Shown: positions 40,475-49,932, counted from the first letter of the stretch. The stretch is DNA of 52,486 nucleotides from an uncultured Lachnospiraceae bacterium (GCA_964525525.1 CAZGHD010000002.1:1-52486); one strand, 5' to 3'. Notes: generated from the sequence alone by a model not told the origin. Made by a program: numbers and translations.

Positions 40475-43400
40475 TTAGTCCAAGCAGGTTGTGTACTGAT
40501 CGGGATAAGTGTACTTAACGGTGTTGCGAACCGCGTCGTTGTTGTCAATTCTGCCGTTTCTGTTGGTATCAGCAGCAGCAAGAGCAAGAGTATCAACGAG
40601 TTCCTTAACGCTCATATAATGCATTCTCATAAGAACAGCATCATTGTTTTCTACGCGGCCGTTACCGTTGACGTCACCGATAACAACAACGGAGTAGGTA
40701 ACGGATACTTTAGTTCCGGCTACATTTTCAGCGATAAGGGTTATGGTTGCGCCGGTAGGAACAAGTTCCTGTCCGTTTTCGGATACAGTACCGTTTATTT
40801 CAACCTCAACCTTGTTATCTGCGTCGTTTGCAACAACGGTAGCGGAAAGAAGGTCTTTAAGCTCAAGAGCAGTAATGCCATCTGCTACGGCATCGAGATA
40901 GATGATCTTTTCAAGCGGATCAGCCTTGAAGCCATAGAGCTTATCGCTGTCCTTAACGGAAGGAACTGCGATAACAGGAAGGTCGTTCACAATAGCAACG
41001 CGTTTGTGATCGGTATACTCAACGCCTTCGTAAGTTACGGTCGCGTAGTAGTTTATGTAGTCATCTTCTTCGATCCAGGTTACTACTGCCTGAAGAACAA
41101 CGGTGTGACCCGCAGTATCAGAAGCGCACTTATCACATACGAGAACTACTTCACAAGCACTGTAATCGTCTGCCCAGTTGAAGGTTGCGGTGTAGCTGTG
41201 CTTAGTAGCAGGCTCAACAACAGTCTTGGTATCGGTATAAGTTTTACCGAGGTAAGTTATGGTCGCAGTGTAAACGGTAGAACCGTCTGCTACGCAGCTG
41301 GGTGCAGTATAAACGAAGGTTACGTTTGCATCAAGAGTAACGGTATCGCCGCAAGCACAGGTAAGTGCAACGGAACATACACTGTAATCGTCTGCCCAGT
41401 TAAAGGTTGCGGTGTAACTGTGCTTGGTAGCAGGCTCAACAACAGTCTTGGTATCAGTATAAGTTTTACCGAGGTAAGTTGCGGTCGCAGTGTAGGTAAT
41501 AGTACCGTCGTTTTCACAATCAGCATCGACCACAGTCTTCTCAACGTCTGCGTCAAGCTCTACAACGTGGCCGTTTACGCAGGTGCCGCAAGTAAGAATT
41601 ACCTTACATGCACTGTAATCTTCTGCCCAATCGAATTCTGCAGTAAATTCATGGTCAGCAGGCTCACCAAACAGGCGGAGCTTGAATTCGATGTTGGTTA
41701 TATCAATGGTAGCGTCAACGCCGTAACCCTTGATAACTTCACGGTTAAGGTTGAATTCCTTACCGGCACTGAAACCGTAGTATCTGCCGTCAGCATCAGT
41801 CTTAGCTATACCGCCAAGCTTACGTCCGCTTTCGGTAACAGACTCAAGAAGATCTCTGGAGTCAAGTGCGCGAAGAACTATGCCCATAACTTCGATCACA
41901 CGTGCATAACCCTTAGCGTCGTTTCCGATTGCGCCGTTGATCTTAGTCTTAACGTCATCGGAAAGTGCAAGAGCGTTAACCATATCGGTGAACTTATCGG
42001 TTCTCTGAACGTTCGCAAGAGCATCACAAACTACCTTAACGGAAAGGTTGTTGAATACCTCTTCGAGCATCATAAGAGAGTTGGTTGTGTAGTAGTCCTC
42101 AATAGCAGCTACAAGCTCTGCCTTAAGGTCATCAGCGGAGTTATCAGCAAGGATAACAGCCATCATTACGACGTAGGTACGGTCGTGAGTGAAATCAAGT
42201 ACAACGCTTCCGTTGTAAGAACCGTTAATAACGATATCCTTATCGTTGCGGATAAGTTCGTCAAGATCAAGGTAAGAATCAACGGTAACGGTATCAGCAA
42301 GAGCGCCGGCTACGGTTGCCATATCATCCTTGAGCTCACCAGTGATAACAACGGTAAGAGAGCCTTCGGTCTTATCTGCCTTTGCACCGAGATTTACGGT
42401 GAGAGAATCGTCAGACTCAACGTACTCAAACTCAAGGTTCCAAGGAGCAGTAACGAGTGAGTACTCAGCTACTACACCGTCGCCTTCAAGAGCCTTGGCA
42501 AGAGCATCAAAGTCAGTAAGATCAGCAACGATGGTGTTGAAGAGATCAGCAAATCCGGAGATGGACACTGCAGTGATCGCCTTATCAATAGCGTTGTTTA
42601 CGCGATCGGTGCCTGCAACGAGATCAACTATATCTTCGATCTGAATGTCGTAGAGCTCGCAGCCTTCAACAGAAAGGCTTGCTGTGTTGTAGTAGTTAAG
42701 AAGTACGTCGATACCAGCGTCTATCGCGATTGCGATAAGGCTGTTCTTAGAAGCGAACTCCTTCATATCAGCAACGGTAGCGTTAAGAGTAACGGTAACG
42801 TCGTTGCCGGTTGCGGAAATGGTGTAGAACTTGTTGTAAACAAGTCCGTCAGCGTTCTGAACGTAGCCGCTCTTAAGGAATGCGGAAACGTCAGATGCAT
42901 ACTTACCTGCAATAACGGTAGCGCTGCCGGAAACAGTGCCGGTAACGGAACCGGAGGATGCATTGTCAAGTACGTTGTCGGTAATGATAAGAGTGTTAGA
43001 TGCGCTTATATTACCGTTAACGGTGCAACCGTTAAGATCAAGAAGAGTCTTGGTGTTAAAGTTAAGGTCGCCCTCAACGGTACCAAGAAGAATAACTGCG
43101 GAAACGCCGGAAAGCTTAGGAGCCTTAGCTACGAGCTCATCAGAAGTAAGCATTGCAACCTTGTTAGCAACACCTGCTGCCTGAGCGTCAATTACGAGAG
43201 CTGCGTAGTCTTTTTCAACGTTATTAAGAGTAAGTGCGAGTTTAATATCAAGTCCGCATCCGGTCTTAGCCTCGTAAACGAGATCAGAGAGATTGATGGA
43301 ACCGGGCTCCATACCCATAGAGCCTACCATACCGTCAACCATACCCTGAAGTTTTGCAAGAACAGAATTGATATTGATGTCTTCAACGGGAAGGATGCAG

Positions 43401-46400
43401 GTGTCGTTTGTATACTCTACCTTTGAGCTGTCGTAATATTTCATTACGGTAGCGTAGATCTTCTCGTAAGCGGAGAGATCAAGGTTGTAGTTGAACTTAT
43501 CAATAGTATTAGTGATAGTTTCAAGAGTAACCTCGTCATCACTGAGGATAGGATCAAGGAGAGTTACTATGTAGCCGAGAGCTACCTGTGCGTTTACAGA
43601 ATCAACGTCGTGAAGGTCAACCTCACCTACCATGGTAAGCGCTGCAAGATATGCCGCGTATACCTGATCGGGAAGATTTACTACTGCGTTGACCTTACCG
43701 TCCTCGCAAACGACAGATGCGTAAGGAGCAGCCTTAACGAGAGCGGCTCTCAATTTAGCAAGTGCGTCTACGGTATCGCTGAGAGTTATATAGAAATCAA
43801 CATCTATAGCGTCTTCAGCGGTTGTACCGAAGGACATGGTGGTTTTGATAAGCTTACCGCCGAGCTCTGCTTTATCGTATGCGCCGATAACGTTGTAGCC
43901 ATCGAGAACGAGCTGGTTGATCTTACCGTCAGCATCGATCAGATCGATAACGGTCTGAGTACCAACGCCGCTGTCAAGGATAGCGTCAACAAGAGCCTGA
44001 ACGTAATAGTAATTCGTACCTTCAGCATCTGCTCCGTAGAACGTCTGACCGTCGATACCGATGTAACTGTATCCGCTCATGAACATAGCCATAGCGAAGT
44101 TAGCTACGTCCTTCTTAAGCTGAGCGGTGTTAAGGGTTACAGGAAGAACCGCTGCATACTTACCGTTGTTTTCGGTAAGGATAGCGGAACCTTCCATCTT
44201 GTCAAAGAATGCAATAAGGTTTTCGCGAGCAGCATCAATAACCTTACGGGTAATGGTTACGGAACCGGATGCGAAGATTGCATCAAATTCAGCCTTATTA
44301 AAGGTATAAGTCTGATCCTGAGTGCTTACCTTCTGAGTTATGGTATTATCGCCGTAAGTATAGGAGTAATCGTAACGAACGTTAACGTTACCGGAACCGG
44401 GGAGAGTAACGGTGGGATTTGCGTAAGTGATATCGTAGGTACCAACGCCGTCAATGATAACGGTATAGGTCTTTGCAGTCCACTTAACGGAAACCTTTTC
44501 ATCACCGGTAGCGGGAGCGTTAAGAACAAGAAGAACAGTTTCGGAGTCATAGTGTTTCTTGTCGATAGCACCGTAAATCTCAGCAAACTTTTCTTCAAGT
44601 GCAGCAAGCTTAGCCTCTACAGCCGCGATGTTAGCCGCAGAAACAGGCTGGCCGGCTTTAAGAACGATAGAATCATTGAGAGTACCTATGCCGTCAACGG
44701 TAAGAGTTATCGGAATGGTAACGGAGCCCTTACCGGCAGTCTGAACGGTAGCAGACCAAACAAGATTCTCAAGATCGGTAGGATCGTAAGGAGCACTTAC
44801 GCCGTCTTCAACCTTTTCAGACGCTGCAGCGATCTTGGAAACGAGATTTTCAAGAGCAACAGTATCGTCGGTTATGATATCGTCGTGTGCGGGAATAAGC
44901 TCAATATCCTTGAATTTTGCTTCAAGCTCCTCGAAGGTCTGGGTGTATCCCATACCGCCGATCATTCCCCAAAGAGAGGAATCGTTCTTGATAACGTCTA
45001 CGAGCTCAAGCATAAACTCAACTTCAGCGATGATCTCTTCGTCGTGCTGATAATATGCAGCCATATTATCTACTTCGCCGTCAAGGTTAGTATCGCAGAG
45101 AGTGAGGAGATAGTAGAGCTTAAGGTTTTCTTCACCGGTTGCCGCTTTAACTTCAGCAAGCTGTGCAAGAACCTTGTTTATAGCAGCTTTAGCCTCTTCG
45201 CCGACACCGGGAATGGTGGAGAGCGCTCCGCTGTACTGGCTTATCAGAGCCATTCTGCCACGCTGGGTAAGAAGCTCTTCAAGAGCAGCCTTCTGTTCGA
45301 TATACTGTCTTGAGAGAGTATCCTGAAGGTTCATCTTAGCGAGAACTTCTTCCATAGTAACGTTTACGGAAGCAAGAGAAGCTACAGTGAGTTTAAGATC
45401 ATATTTTACCTTTATAGTAGAATATGAAGGATCGGTGATTTCAGCAACGGTACCGTTGAAGGTAACGGTCTCTATCTCGTTGCCGTCTTCATCGTAAGTA
45501 ATTGCAGTAACGGGTACCCAAACGAGATCGCCGAGTTCAGACTCAACAGTCTCTGCACTGATAGTACCGTCAACAAAGAGTTTATCCTGGTTTATAAGAG
45601 AACCGTCTTCGGGAACAACGAGCCAGAACTGCTGTCCCTTATTTATTGCAGGACTCTGGAGGAAGGATTCGATCGCGTTGCTTACAACGTCGGTGTTCAG
45701 GATAAGATCGGTAACCGTCTTATACTGGTCAGCCGCGCCGGCGGAACGAGAGATCGTAATATCTTTAACAAGTTCAACAACCTTGCCCTGGTTCATACGA
45801 GTGCCGTCAACAATATAGCTGTAAGCCATACCGTCGGTCTCGTGCTTGGGAAGGGTGAGCTGATAACCGTAAGGATACTCTGCACTGTCGGTATCAAAGC
45901 CGTCGCCGTAGGTAACGGTGATAGTTTTCGGAGCAAAGTCTACTTTATATATTATATTAGAGTCAAGTTTGTAATCTTCGGGGAGATCGGTATTGGTGCG
46001 AACGTAGTTAGCGCCGTCGATCTCGCCCCAAGCTGCAAGAGCTTCATTTACAAGAGCATTGACTTCAGCAAGGATTTCTGCAGAGGGGGCATCCTTGCGA
46101 AGAGTAATTGTCTTAGTAAACTCTTTAAGAGCTACGAGATCAGCACAGTCCTCTTTATCGCAAACAACGCTTGCGTTTACCTTAATGGTAACGTTAAACA
46201 TACTCAAATTATACTGAACGGATGCAGTATCAACTTCAAGGTTCTTTATAACGTCGCCTTCGGCGTAAGTCTTGGTAACACCGGTAGCGTTTGCGGTAAG
46301 ATCAGCATAACCATCGCCGGTTACGTTGTCAGCAATAACGTTACCTGCGTTCCACTCGTCACCGTCAAAGCGGTCAACTACCGGCTTAACGGTATCGCAG

Positions 46401-48040
46401 AAATCTTCAAGAACGCCTGCAAGCATATCAACCATTGCCTTGGTCTCGCTGAGTTCTGCCTTCTTTGCTTCGATCTCGTTGAGAGCTTTGATCGCATCCT
46501 CAAGCAGAGCGATTGCAGTTTCAGCCTTAGCAAGAGCAACCTGAGCATCGGTAAGAGCAGTTATTGCAGTGTTAATGGTATTGATAGCGGTCTGAGCTTT
46601 CTTGAGACCCTCTATCTGAGTAGAAGCCATAGATGCAAACTGATGATTTTCCATAGCGGAAATCAGATTTGCAAGAGCAGCCTCGTCATTAACGGGAGTG
46701 GTAGGAATACCAAGCATACCAAGAATAGTAGCATTTGCACTGATCTGGCTGTTAACTTCACCAAACAGAGCAGTTTTCTTGGCTTTAAGAGTTTCGATTA
46801 CAGCATCGAGGTCAGAAGACTTCTCAACCGTAACATTGCCAACGTAGCTGCTGTAGTATGCAAGTTGAGCGTTGATACCTGCAAGAGCTTCAGCATATCC
46901 TGCTTTAGCGTCAGCAAGGAGAGCTTCGATATCATCAACGCTGTCAACGTTACCGGTCATACCGTTTGCAGTAAGCTGAGCATTGATATAATCGTATGCA
47001 TCATCAGTCCAGTCGTCAATATCCCAAAGAAGATTCTGAATCTGGCTGCTTACGTTCGGGAGACCGTTGTCAGCTGCGAGAGCGCCGATCTCTGCATAGT
47101 TCTTATCAAGAGCGGTCTCAAGGTCTGCACCGTAGAGATCAACAAGTTCAAGATAGCTCTTCGCAGAGTTAGCATTAAGGAACTTAACGAGATCAAGTCC
47201 GCCTGCCTGCTGCTGATTATACAGAGCAGTAGCAGCGTCCTTCGCATCACCGCGAAGCTTGATGGAAATTTCCTCGGTAGAGCCGTCGGGAAGAGTAACA
47301 GTCTCTTCAACGCCTGCAACGAGAGAATAGATAAGATCAATAACGGTACCGTTATCAAGCTGAGGAAGCTTGGTAGTAAGACCGCTGAGGACGCCGACAG
47401 CAGTAACGTTAGTACCGTAGAGAGAACTGCAGATATCCTTATCAAGCATCTCCATGAAGTCGATATCTTCTGCAAGCTTTGCAGCAGCATTGAGCATTGC
47501 GAGCTGAGACTCAACAGTTATGCTAGGTGTTTTAAGGTTATCGGAATCAAGAACGTACTTAACATCAACAGAGAAGGTGTTGTCATCGTAAGTGTAATTA
47601 CCTACGTAAGAATCACCGTCTTTGGTGAGGCCGAGATCGTCGTGGCCTGCAGCGATACCGCCGTTGGCAACGAGATCAAAGGTTTCGGGAATCCAAGTAT
47701 TACCGTGGCTGTCCTTAAAGGACTTAACGGTAATCTTTTTGTTGTCCTCATCTATAACGATGAGTTTGTTTTCGTCATCTGACTGAGCGGGGGGAGCTTC
47801 GTAATATACTAACTCCTCATCGAGAAGATCACCTGACGAGATGATCAGCTCTTCAGCGGCCGAAAGGTCGTAGTTTTCCGCCATAATGCTGCCAAGGGTG
47901 GTAAATTTGGTTGATTCACTCATACCACCGCCGGCTGCAGTGACAGACATAACCAAGCTAAGGTTGCAGATAGAGAGCAACATAGCCACGGTCAATACCA
48001 TCGACACGCATCGCTTAAATGTTTTGAAGTGTTTGCCCAT
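40475..48040 (-). CDS. Giant (2521 aa) secreted protein with C-terminal type-I-like dockerin
   Basis: AGGAGG RBS. Signal peptide VSMVLTVAMLLSICNLSLVMSVTAAG. Long Ala/Leu/Asp-rich helical regions. Beta-helix-like segment LLDLNGCTVNGNISASNTLIITDN. Three Cys-containing ~73-aa repeats. Dockerin calcium loops DVNGNGRVENNDAV and DTNRNGRIDNNDAV within about 40478-40690. Confidence 0.85.
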   Translation of the reverse strand: MGKHFKTFKRCVSMVLTVAMLLSICNLSLVMSVTAAGGGMSESTKFTTLGSIMAENYDLSAAEELIISSGDLLDEELVYYEAPPAQSDDENKLIVIDEDNKKITVKSFKDSHGNTWIPETFDLVANGGIAAGHDDLGLTKDGDSYVGNYTYDDNTFSVDVKYVLDSDNLKTPSITVESQLAMLNAAAKLAEDIDFMEMLDKDICSSLYGTNVTAVGVLSGLTTKLPQLDNGTVIDLIYSLVAGVEETVTLPDGSTEEISIKLRGDAKDAATALYNQQQAGGLDLVKFLNANSAKSYLELVDLYGADLETALDKNYAEIGALAADNGLPNVSSQIQNLLWDIDDWTDDAYDYINAQLTANGMTGNVDSVDDIEALLADAKAGYAEALAGINAQLAYYSSYVGNVTVEKSSDLDAVIETLKAKKTALFGEVNSQISANATILGMLGIPTTPVNDEAALANLISAMENHQFASMASTQIEGLKKAQTAINTINTAITALTDAQVALAKAETAIALLEDAIKALNEIEAKKAELSETKAMVDMLAGVLEDFCDTVKPVVDRFDGDEWNAGNVIADNVTGDGYADLTANATGVTKTYAEGDVIKNLEVDTASVQYNLSMFNVTIKVNASVVCDKEDCADLVALKEFTKTITLRKDAPSAEILAEVNALVNEALAAWGEIDGANYVRTNTDLPEDYKLDSNIIYKVDFAPKTITVTYGDGFDTDSAEYPYGYQLTLPKHETDGMAYSYIVDGTRMNQGKVVELVKDITISRSAGAADQYKTVTDLILNTDVVSNAIESFLQSPAINKGQQFWLVVPEDGSLINQDKLFVDGTISAETVESELGDLVWVPVTAITYDEDGNEIETVTFNGTVAEITDPSYSTIKVKYDLKLTVASLASVNVTMEEVLAKMNLQDTLSRQYIEQKAALEELLTQRGRMALISQYSGALSTIPGVGEEAKAAINKVLAQLAEVKAATGEENLKLYYLLTLCDTNLDGEVDNMAAYYQHDEEIIAEVEFMLELVDVIKNDSSLWGMIGGMGYTQTFEELEAKFKDIELIPAHDDIITDDTVALENLVSKIAAASEKVEDGVSAPYDPTDLENLVWSATVQTAGKGSVTIPITLTVDGIGTLNDSIVLKAGQPVSAANIAAVEAKLAALEEKFAEIYGAIDKKHYDSETVLLVLNAPATGDEKVSVKWTAKTYTVIIDGVGTYDITYANPTVTLPGSGNVNVRYDYSYTYGDNTITQKVSTQDQTYTFNKAEFDAIFASGSVTITRKVIDAARENLIAFFDKMEGSAILTENNGKYAAVLPVTLNTAQLKKDVANFAMAMFMSGYSYIGIDGQTFYGADAEGTNYYYVQALVDAILDSGVGTQTVIDLIDADGKINQLVLDGYNVIGAYDKAELGGKLIKTTMSFGTTAEDAIDVDFYITLSDTVDALAKLRAALVKAAPYASVVCEDGKVNAVVNLPDQVYAAYLAALTMVGEVDLHDVDSVNAQVALGYIVTLLDPILSDDEVTLETITNTIDKFNYNLDLSAYEKIYATVMKYYDSSKVEYTNDTCILPVEDININSVLAKLQGMVDGMVGSMGMEPGSINLSDLVYEAKTGCGLDIKLALTLNNVEKDYAALVIDAQAAGVANKVAMLTSDELVAKAPKLSGVSAVILLGTVEGDLNFNTKTLLDLNGCTVNGNISASNTLIITDNVLDNASSGSVTGTVSGSATVIAGKYASDVSAFLKSGYVQNADGLVYNKFYTISATGNDVTVTLNATVADMKEFASKNSLIAIAIDAGIDVLLNYYNTASLSVEGCELYDIQIEDIVDLVAGTDRVNNAIDKAITAVSISGFADLFNTIVADLTDFDALAKALEGDGVVAEYSLVTAPWNLEFEYVESDDSLTVNLGAKADKTEGSLTVVITGELKDDMATVAGALADTVTVDSYLDLDELIRNDKDIVINGSYNGSVVLDFTHDRTYVVMMAVILADNSADDLKAELVAAIEDYYTTNSLMMLEEVFNNLSVKVVCDALANVQRTDKFTDMVNALALSDDVKTKINGAIGNDAKGYARVIEVMGIVLRALDSRDLLESVTESGRKLGGIAKTDADGRYYGFSAGKEFNLNREVIKGYGVDATIDITNIEFKLRLFGEPADHEFTAEFDWAEDYSACKVILTCGTCVNGHVVELDADVEKTVVDADCENDGTITYTATATYLGKTYTDTKTVVEPATKHSYTATFNWADDYSVCSVALTCACGDTVTLDANVTFVYTAPSCVADGSTVYTATITYLGKTYTDTKTVVEPATKHSYTATFNWADDYSACEVVLVCDKCASDTAGHTVVLQAVVTWIEEDDYINYYATVTYEGVEYTDHKRVAIVNDLPVIAVPSVKDSDKLYGFKADPLEKIIYLDAVADGITALELKDLLSATVVANDADNKVEVEINGTVSENGQELVPTGATITLIAENVAGTKVSVTYSVVVIGDVNGNGRVENNDAVLMRMHYMSVKELVDTLALAAADTNRNGRIDNNDAVRNTVKYTYPDQYTTCLD
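41000..41660 (-). repeat. Three in-frame ~219-bp tandem repeats (Cys-containing ~73-aa modules) inside the dockerin protein gene
   Basis: H(E/S)(F/Y)TA(E/T)F(D/N)WA(E/D)DYS(A/V)C.V.L.C...TY(L)GKTYTDTKTVVEPATK. Units 2 and 3 share long near-identical DNA (about 41160-41290 versus 41380-41510). Confidence 0.8.
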
Positions 48041-48130
48041 TTGTGCGTTTCCTCCTGAGTGTTATATAGATTGCTATTTATAAAAATACCCTGTTATGAA
48101 AATGCGGAACTGCTCCTGCACATTATACGT

Positions 48131-48200
48131 GATAAACAGCTCGGCCGCATACTGCGTTACCGTTCCGTAATCCCCAAGGAAAGGCCGCCGAGCGTTTATC
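48131..48200 (-). promoter_or_regulatory. Unclassified structured element in the 5' UTR of the giant-gene array
   Basis: Minus strand GATAAACGCTCGGC...GCCGAGCtGTTTATC forms a 14-bp closing stem (one bulged U). It encloses ~40 nt that contain a UUAC-GGAACG-GUAA mini-hairpin. Lies between the predicted TSS (~48268) and the RBS (48050s). Confidence 0.4.
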
Positions 48201-48275
48201 GCATATAATATGTAGGAAACGGATATAATTACCCTAATTCCACAAATTTGCATAGTTAGATATATTTTATACTGT

Positions 48276-48304
48276 ATTCTATCATAAATATGATTATTTT
48301 TCAA
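48276..48304 (-). promoter_or_regulatory. Sigma-A-type promoter of the long minus-strand array
   Basis: Minus strand reads TTGAAA (48304-48299), a 17-nt spacer, then TGaTAGAAT (-10 hexamer at 48281-48276). An AT-rich upstream region includes the T7CGA7 palindrome. Confidence 0.55.
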
Positions 48305-48485
48305 TGTTTTTTTCGAAAAAAAGCAGGAAAATATCAACTTTTTTTGATTAAAATAGACCTTCTTTTTTTCTTTAACTACGGAAAAATCCACGATTTGCCA
48401 ATTTCGGGGCAAAAGTTTTTAATTGTAAATTTTTTGTAAATTATCAATTTTAGCGTTAGAGCTACCCGATTTTCGCCGTTTTTTA

Positions 48486-48513
48486 CAAAAAAAGTGCGCC
48501 TCAAGGGCGCACT
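48486..48513 (-). terminator. Rho-independent terminator insulating nrdR from the downstream array
   Basis: Minus strand AGTGCGCC-cttga-GGCGCACT (8-bp stem) followed by TTTTTTTG. Confidence 0.7.
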
Positions 48514-48735
48514 GAAAAAAATGAATCCCTCATTGTTGCGACACAAGCTCTTCCTATCTATGGGTATGAGCAAAGAGAGAAACATCTTTTACCAAAGATA
48601 TTTCCCCATAGATAAGAGCCGGATATTAACTTGTGTCGCAGGGACATTATATCATAACTTGTATAATTTTGCAATACTTTTTGTCGAATGGAATAAAAAA
48701 ACAACGGACGCCCGCAAAAGGCGCCCGCCATAGTC

Positions 48736-49182
48736 TTATTCTTTTGTTTTAAGTCTGTTAAGCTCGTCAAGAAAAGTCTTTACGTCCTTAAATTCTCGGT
48801 AAACCGAAGCAAATCTTACGTACGCGACCTCGTCTACCTCGCGCAAGTGCTTCATAACGAGTTCGCCCACCTCGCCGGAGGTGATTTCGCTCTTGAGAGA
48901 GTTCTGAATCTCGCTTTCTATCGCGTTTACTATCTCTTCGGCATTAACGGGACGTTTCTGACAAGCCTTGAGAATACCGCCAAGAAGTTTCATGCGGTCA
49001 AACAGCTCCTTGTCACCGTTTTTCTTAATGACTATCGTCTGTATGGAATCTATTATTTCATATGTGGTAAAGCGTTTCTGGCATTTAGGGCATTCGCGCC
49101 GTCTTCTGATACTCGAACCTTCTTCAACAGGACGGGAATCTATAACTTCACTCTTAGCATAACCACAAGAGGGACATTTCAT
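48736..49182 (-). CDS. nrdR: Transcriptional repressor NrdR (zinc ribbon + ATP-cone)
   Basis: MKCPSCGYAKSEVIDSRPVEEGSSIRRRRECPKCQKRFTTYE... then an ATP-cone. I place the start at the internal ATG 49182 (RBS gaaaggtg). The 28 extra codons of the track ORF are hydrophobic read-through of the promoter region. Confidence 0.9.
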   Translation of the reverse strand: MKCPSCGYAKSEVIDSRPVEEGSSIRRRRECPKCQKRFTTYEIIDSIQTIVIKKNGDKELFDRMKLLGGILKACQKRPVNAEEIVNAIESEIQNSLKSEITSGEVGELVMKHLREVDEVAYVRFASVYREFKDVKTFLDELNRLKTKE

Positions 49183-49250
49183 TTCATCACACACCTTTCG
49201 CAGTATATAAATAGTATAACACATCAAAAGCCGATTGTAAACCACTAATA

Positions 49251-49279
49251 TTGAAAAAATTTTCATATTATGGTATAAT
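49251..49279 (+). promoter_or_regulatory. Sigma-A-type promoter upstream of cdd
   Basis: TTGAAA (49251-49256), a 17-nt spacer, then TGgTATAAT (-10 hexamer at 49274-49279). Confidence 0.6.
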
Positions 49280-49471
49280 TTTTTGTATTAAATACAAATT
49301 TTAAGGAGATTAGCGTGAACTATTATTCGGCTATTATCCAACGTTCATATTCTCACGAACTCAAATTCAAATTATAAATTGACACCTCCCCCATTTTATT
49401 CACCTTTGGTGAAGACGTTTGAATTTACCGAACTATTTGTGCCGCCCGAGGGCGGCGGAATGGAGATTTTT

Positions 49472-49873
49472 ATGACAGATTTTTCTGAACTTATGAAAGC
49501 CGCAAAAGACGCAAAGAGCTACGCATACTCGCCGTATTCCGGCTATTCGGTAGGTGCGGCACTGCTTTGCGCGAACGGAAAGATATTCACCGGCGTAAAT
49601 ATCGAAAACGCATCCTTCCCTGCCGGCATCTGTGCCGAACGTTCGGCATTTTCCGCCGCAATATCCGCAGGTGAGCGAGAATTTTCAGCTCTCGCTATCT
49701 CGGGCAGCTCTGCCGAGTGTTTTCCCTGCGGTATATGCAGACAGGTGATTTCCGAGTTCTGCGCCCCCGACTTTCCGATAATACTCGAAAAAGCAGACGG
49801 AAAACTCGCAATTTTTACATTATCCGAGCTTTTACCGTATTCGTTCTCGCTGTCTCGCATTGACAACAAATAA
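49472..49873 (+). CDS. cdd: Cytidine deaminase
   Basis: YSPYSGYSVGAALL, zinc ligands CAERSA and PCGICRQ. Start chosen at ATG 49472 (GGAG 8 nt upstream). The track ORF start 49379 adds a non-homologous extension. Confidence 0.88.
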   Translation: MTDFSELMKAAKDAKSYAYSPYSGYSVGAALLCANGKIFTGVNIENASFPAGICAERSAFSAAISAGEREFSALAISGSSAECFPCGICRQVISEFCAPDFPIILEKADGKLAIFTLSELLPYSFSLSRIDNK

Positions 49874-49932
49874 TAAATGTGGTAAAATAATACCATCATT
49901 AAATTATATAAAACGAGGTGGACAATATTAAA

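Noticed and set aside
40619-47782. Three very long + strand ORFs (613, 567 and 646 aa) opposite the 2521-aa gene
   Set aside because: The minus-strand frame has an AGGAGG RBS, a signal peptide and a dockerin. The + frames are C/V/N/I/S-rich with no motifs, which is typical of long shadow ORFs in a gene with biased codon use.
48700-48735. GC-rich segment right after the nrdR stop, considered as a terminator
   Set aside because: The two CGCCCGC blocks are direct, not inverted, repeats, so no stable hairpin forms. The real terminator is the hairpin at 48486..48513.
48074-48770. Small ORFs in the AT-rich 700-bp intergenic region
   Set aside because: No RBS is present, the peptides are low-complexity (F/I/K/Y-rich), and they overlap the predicted promoter, terminator and leader elements.
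49183-49266. N-terminal 28-codon extension of nrdR given by the ORF track
   Set aside because: NrdR proteins begin with the MKCP.C zinc ribbon. The extension is hydrophobic read-through of the divergent promoter region, and an RBS precedes the internal ATG at 49182.
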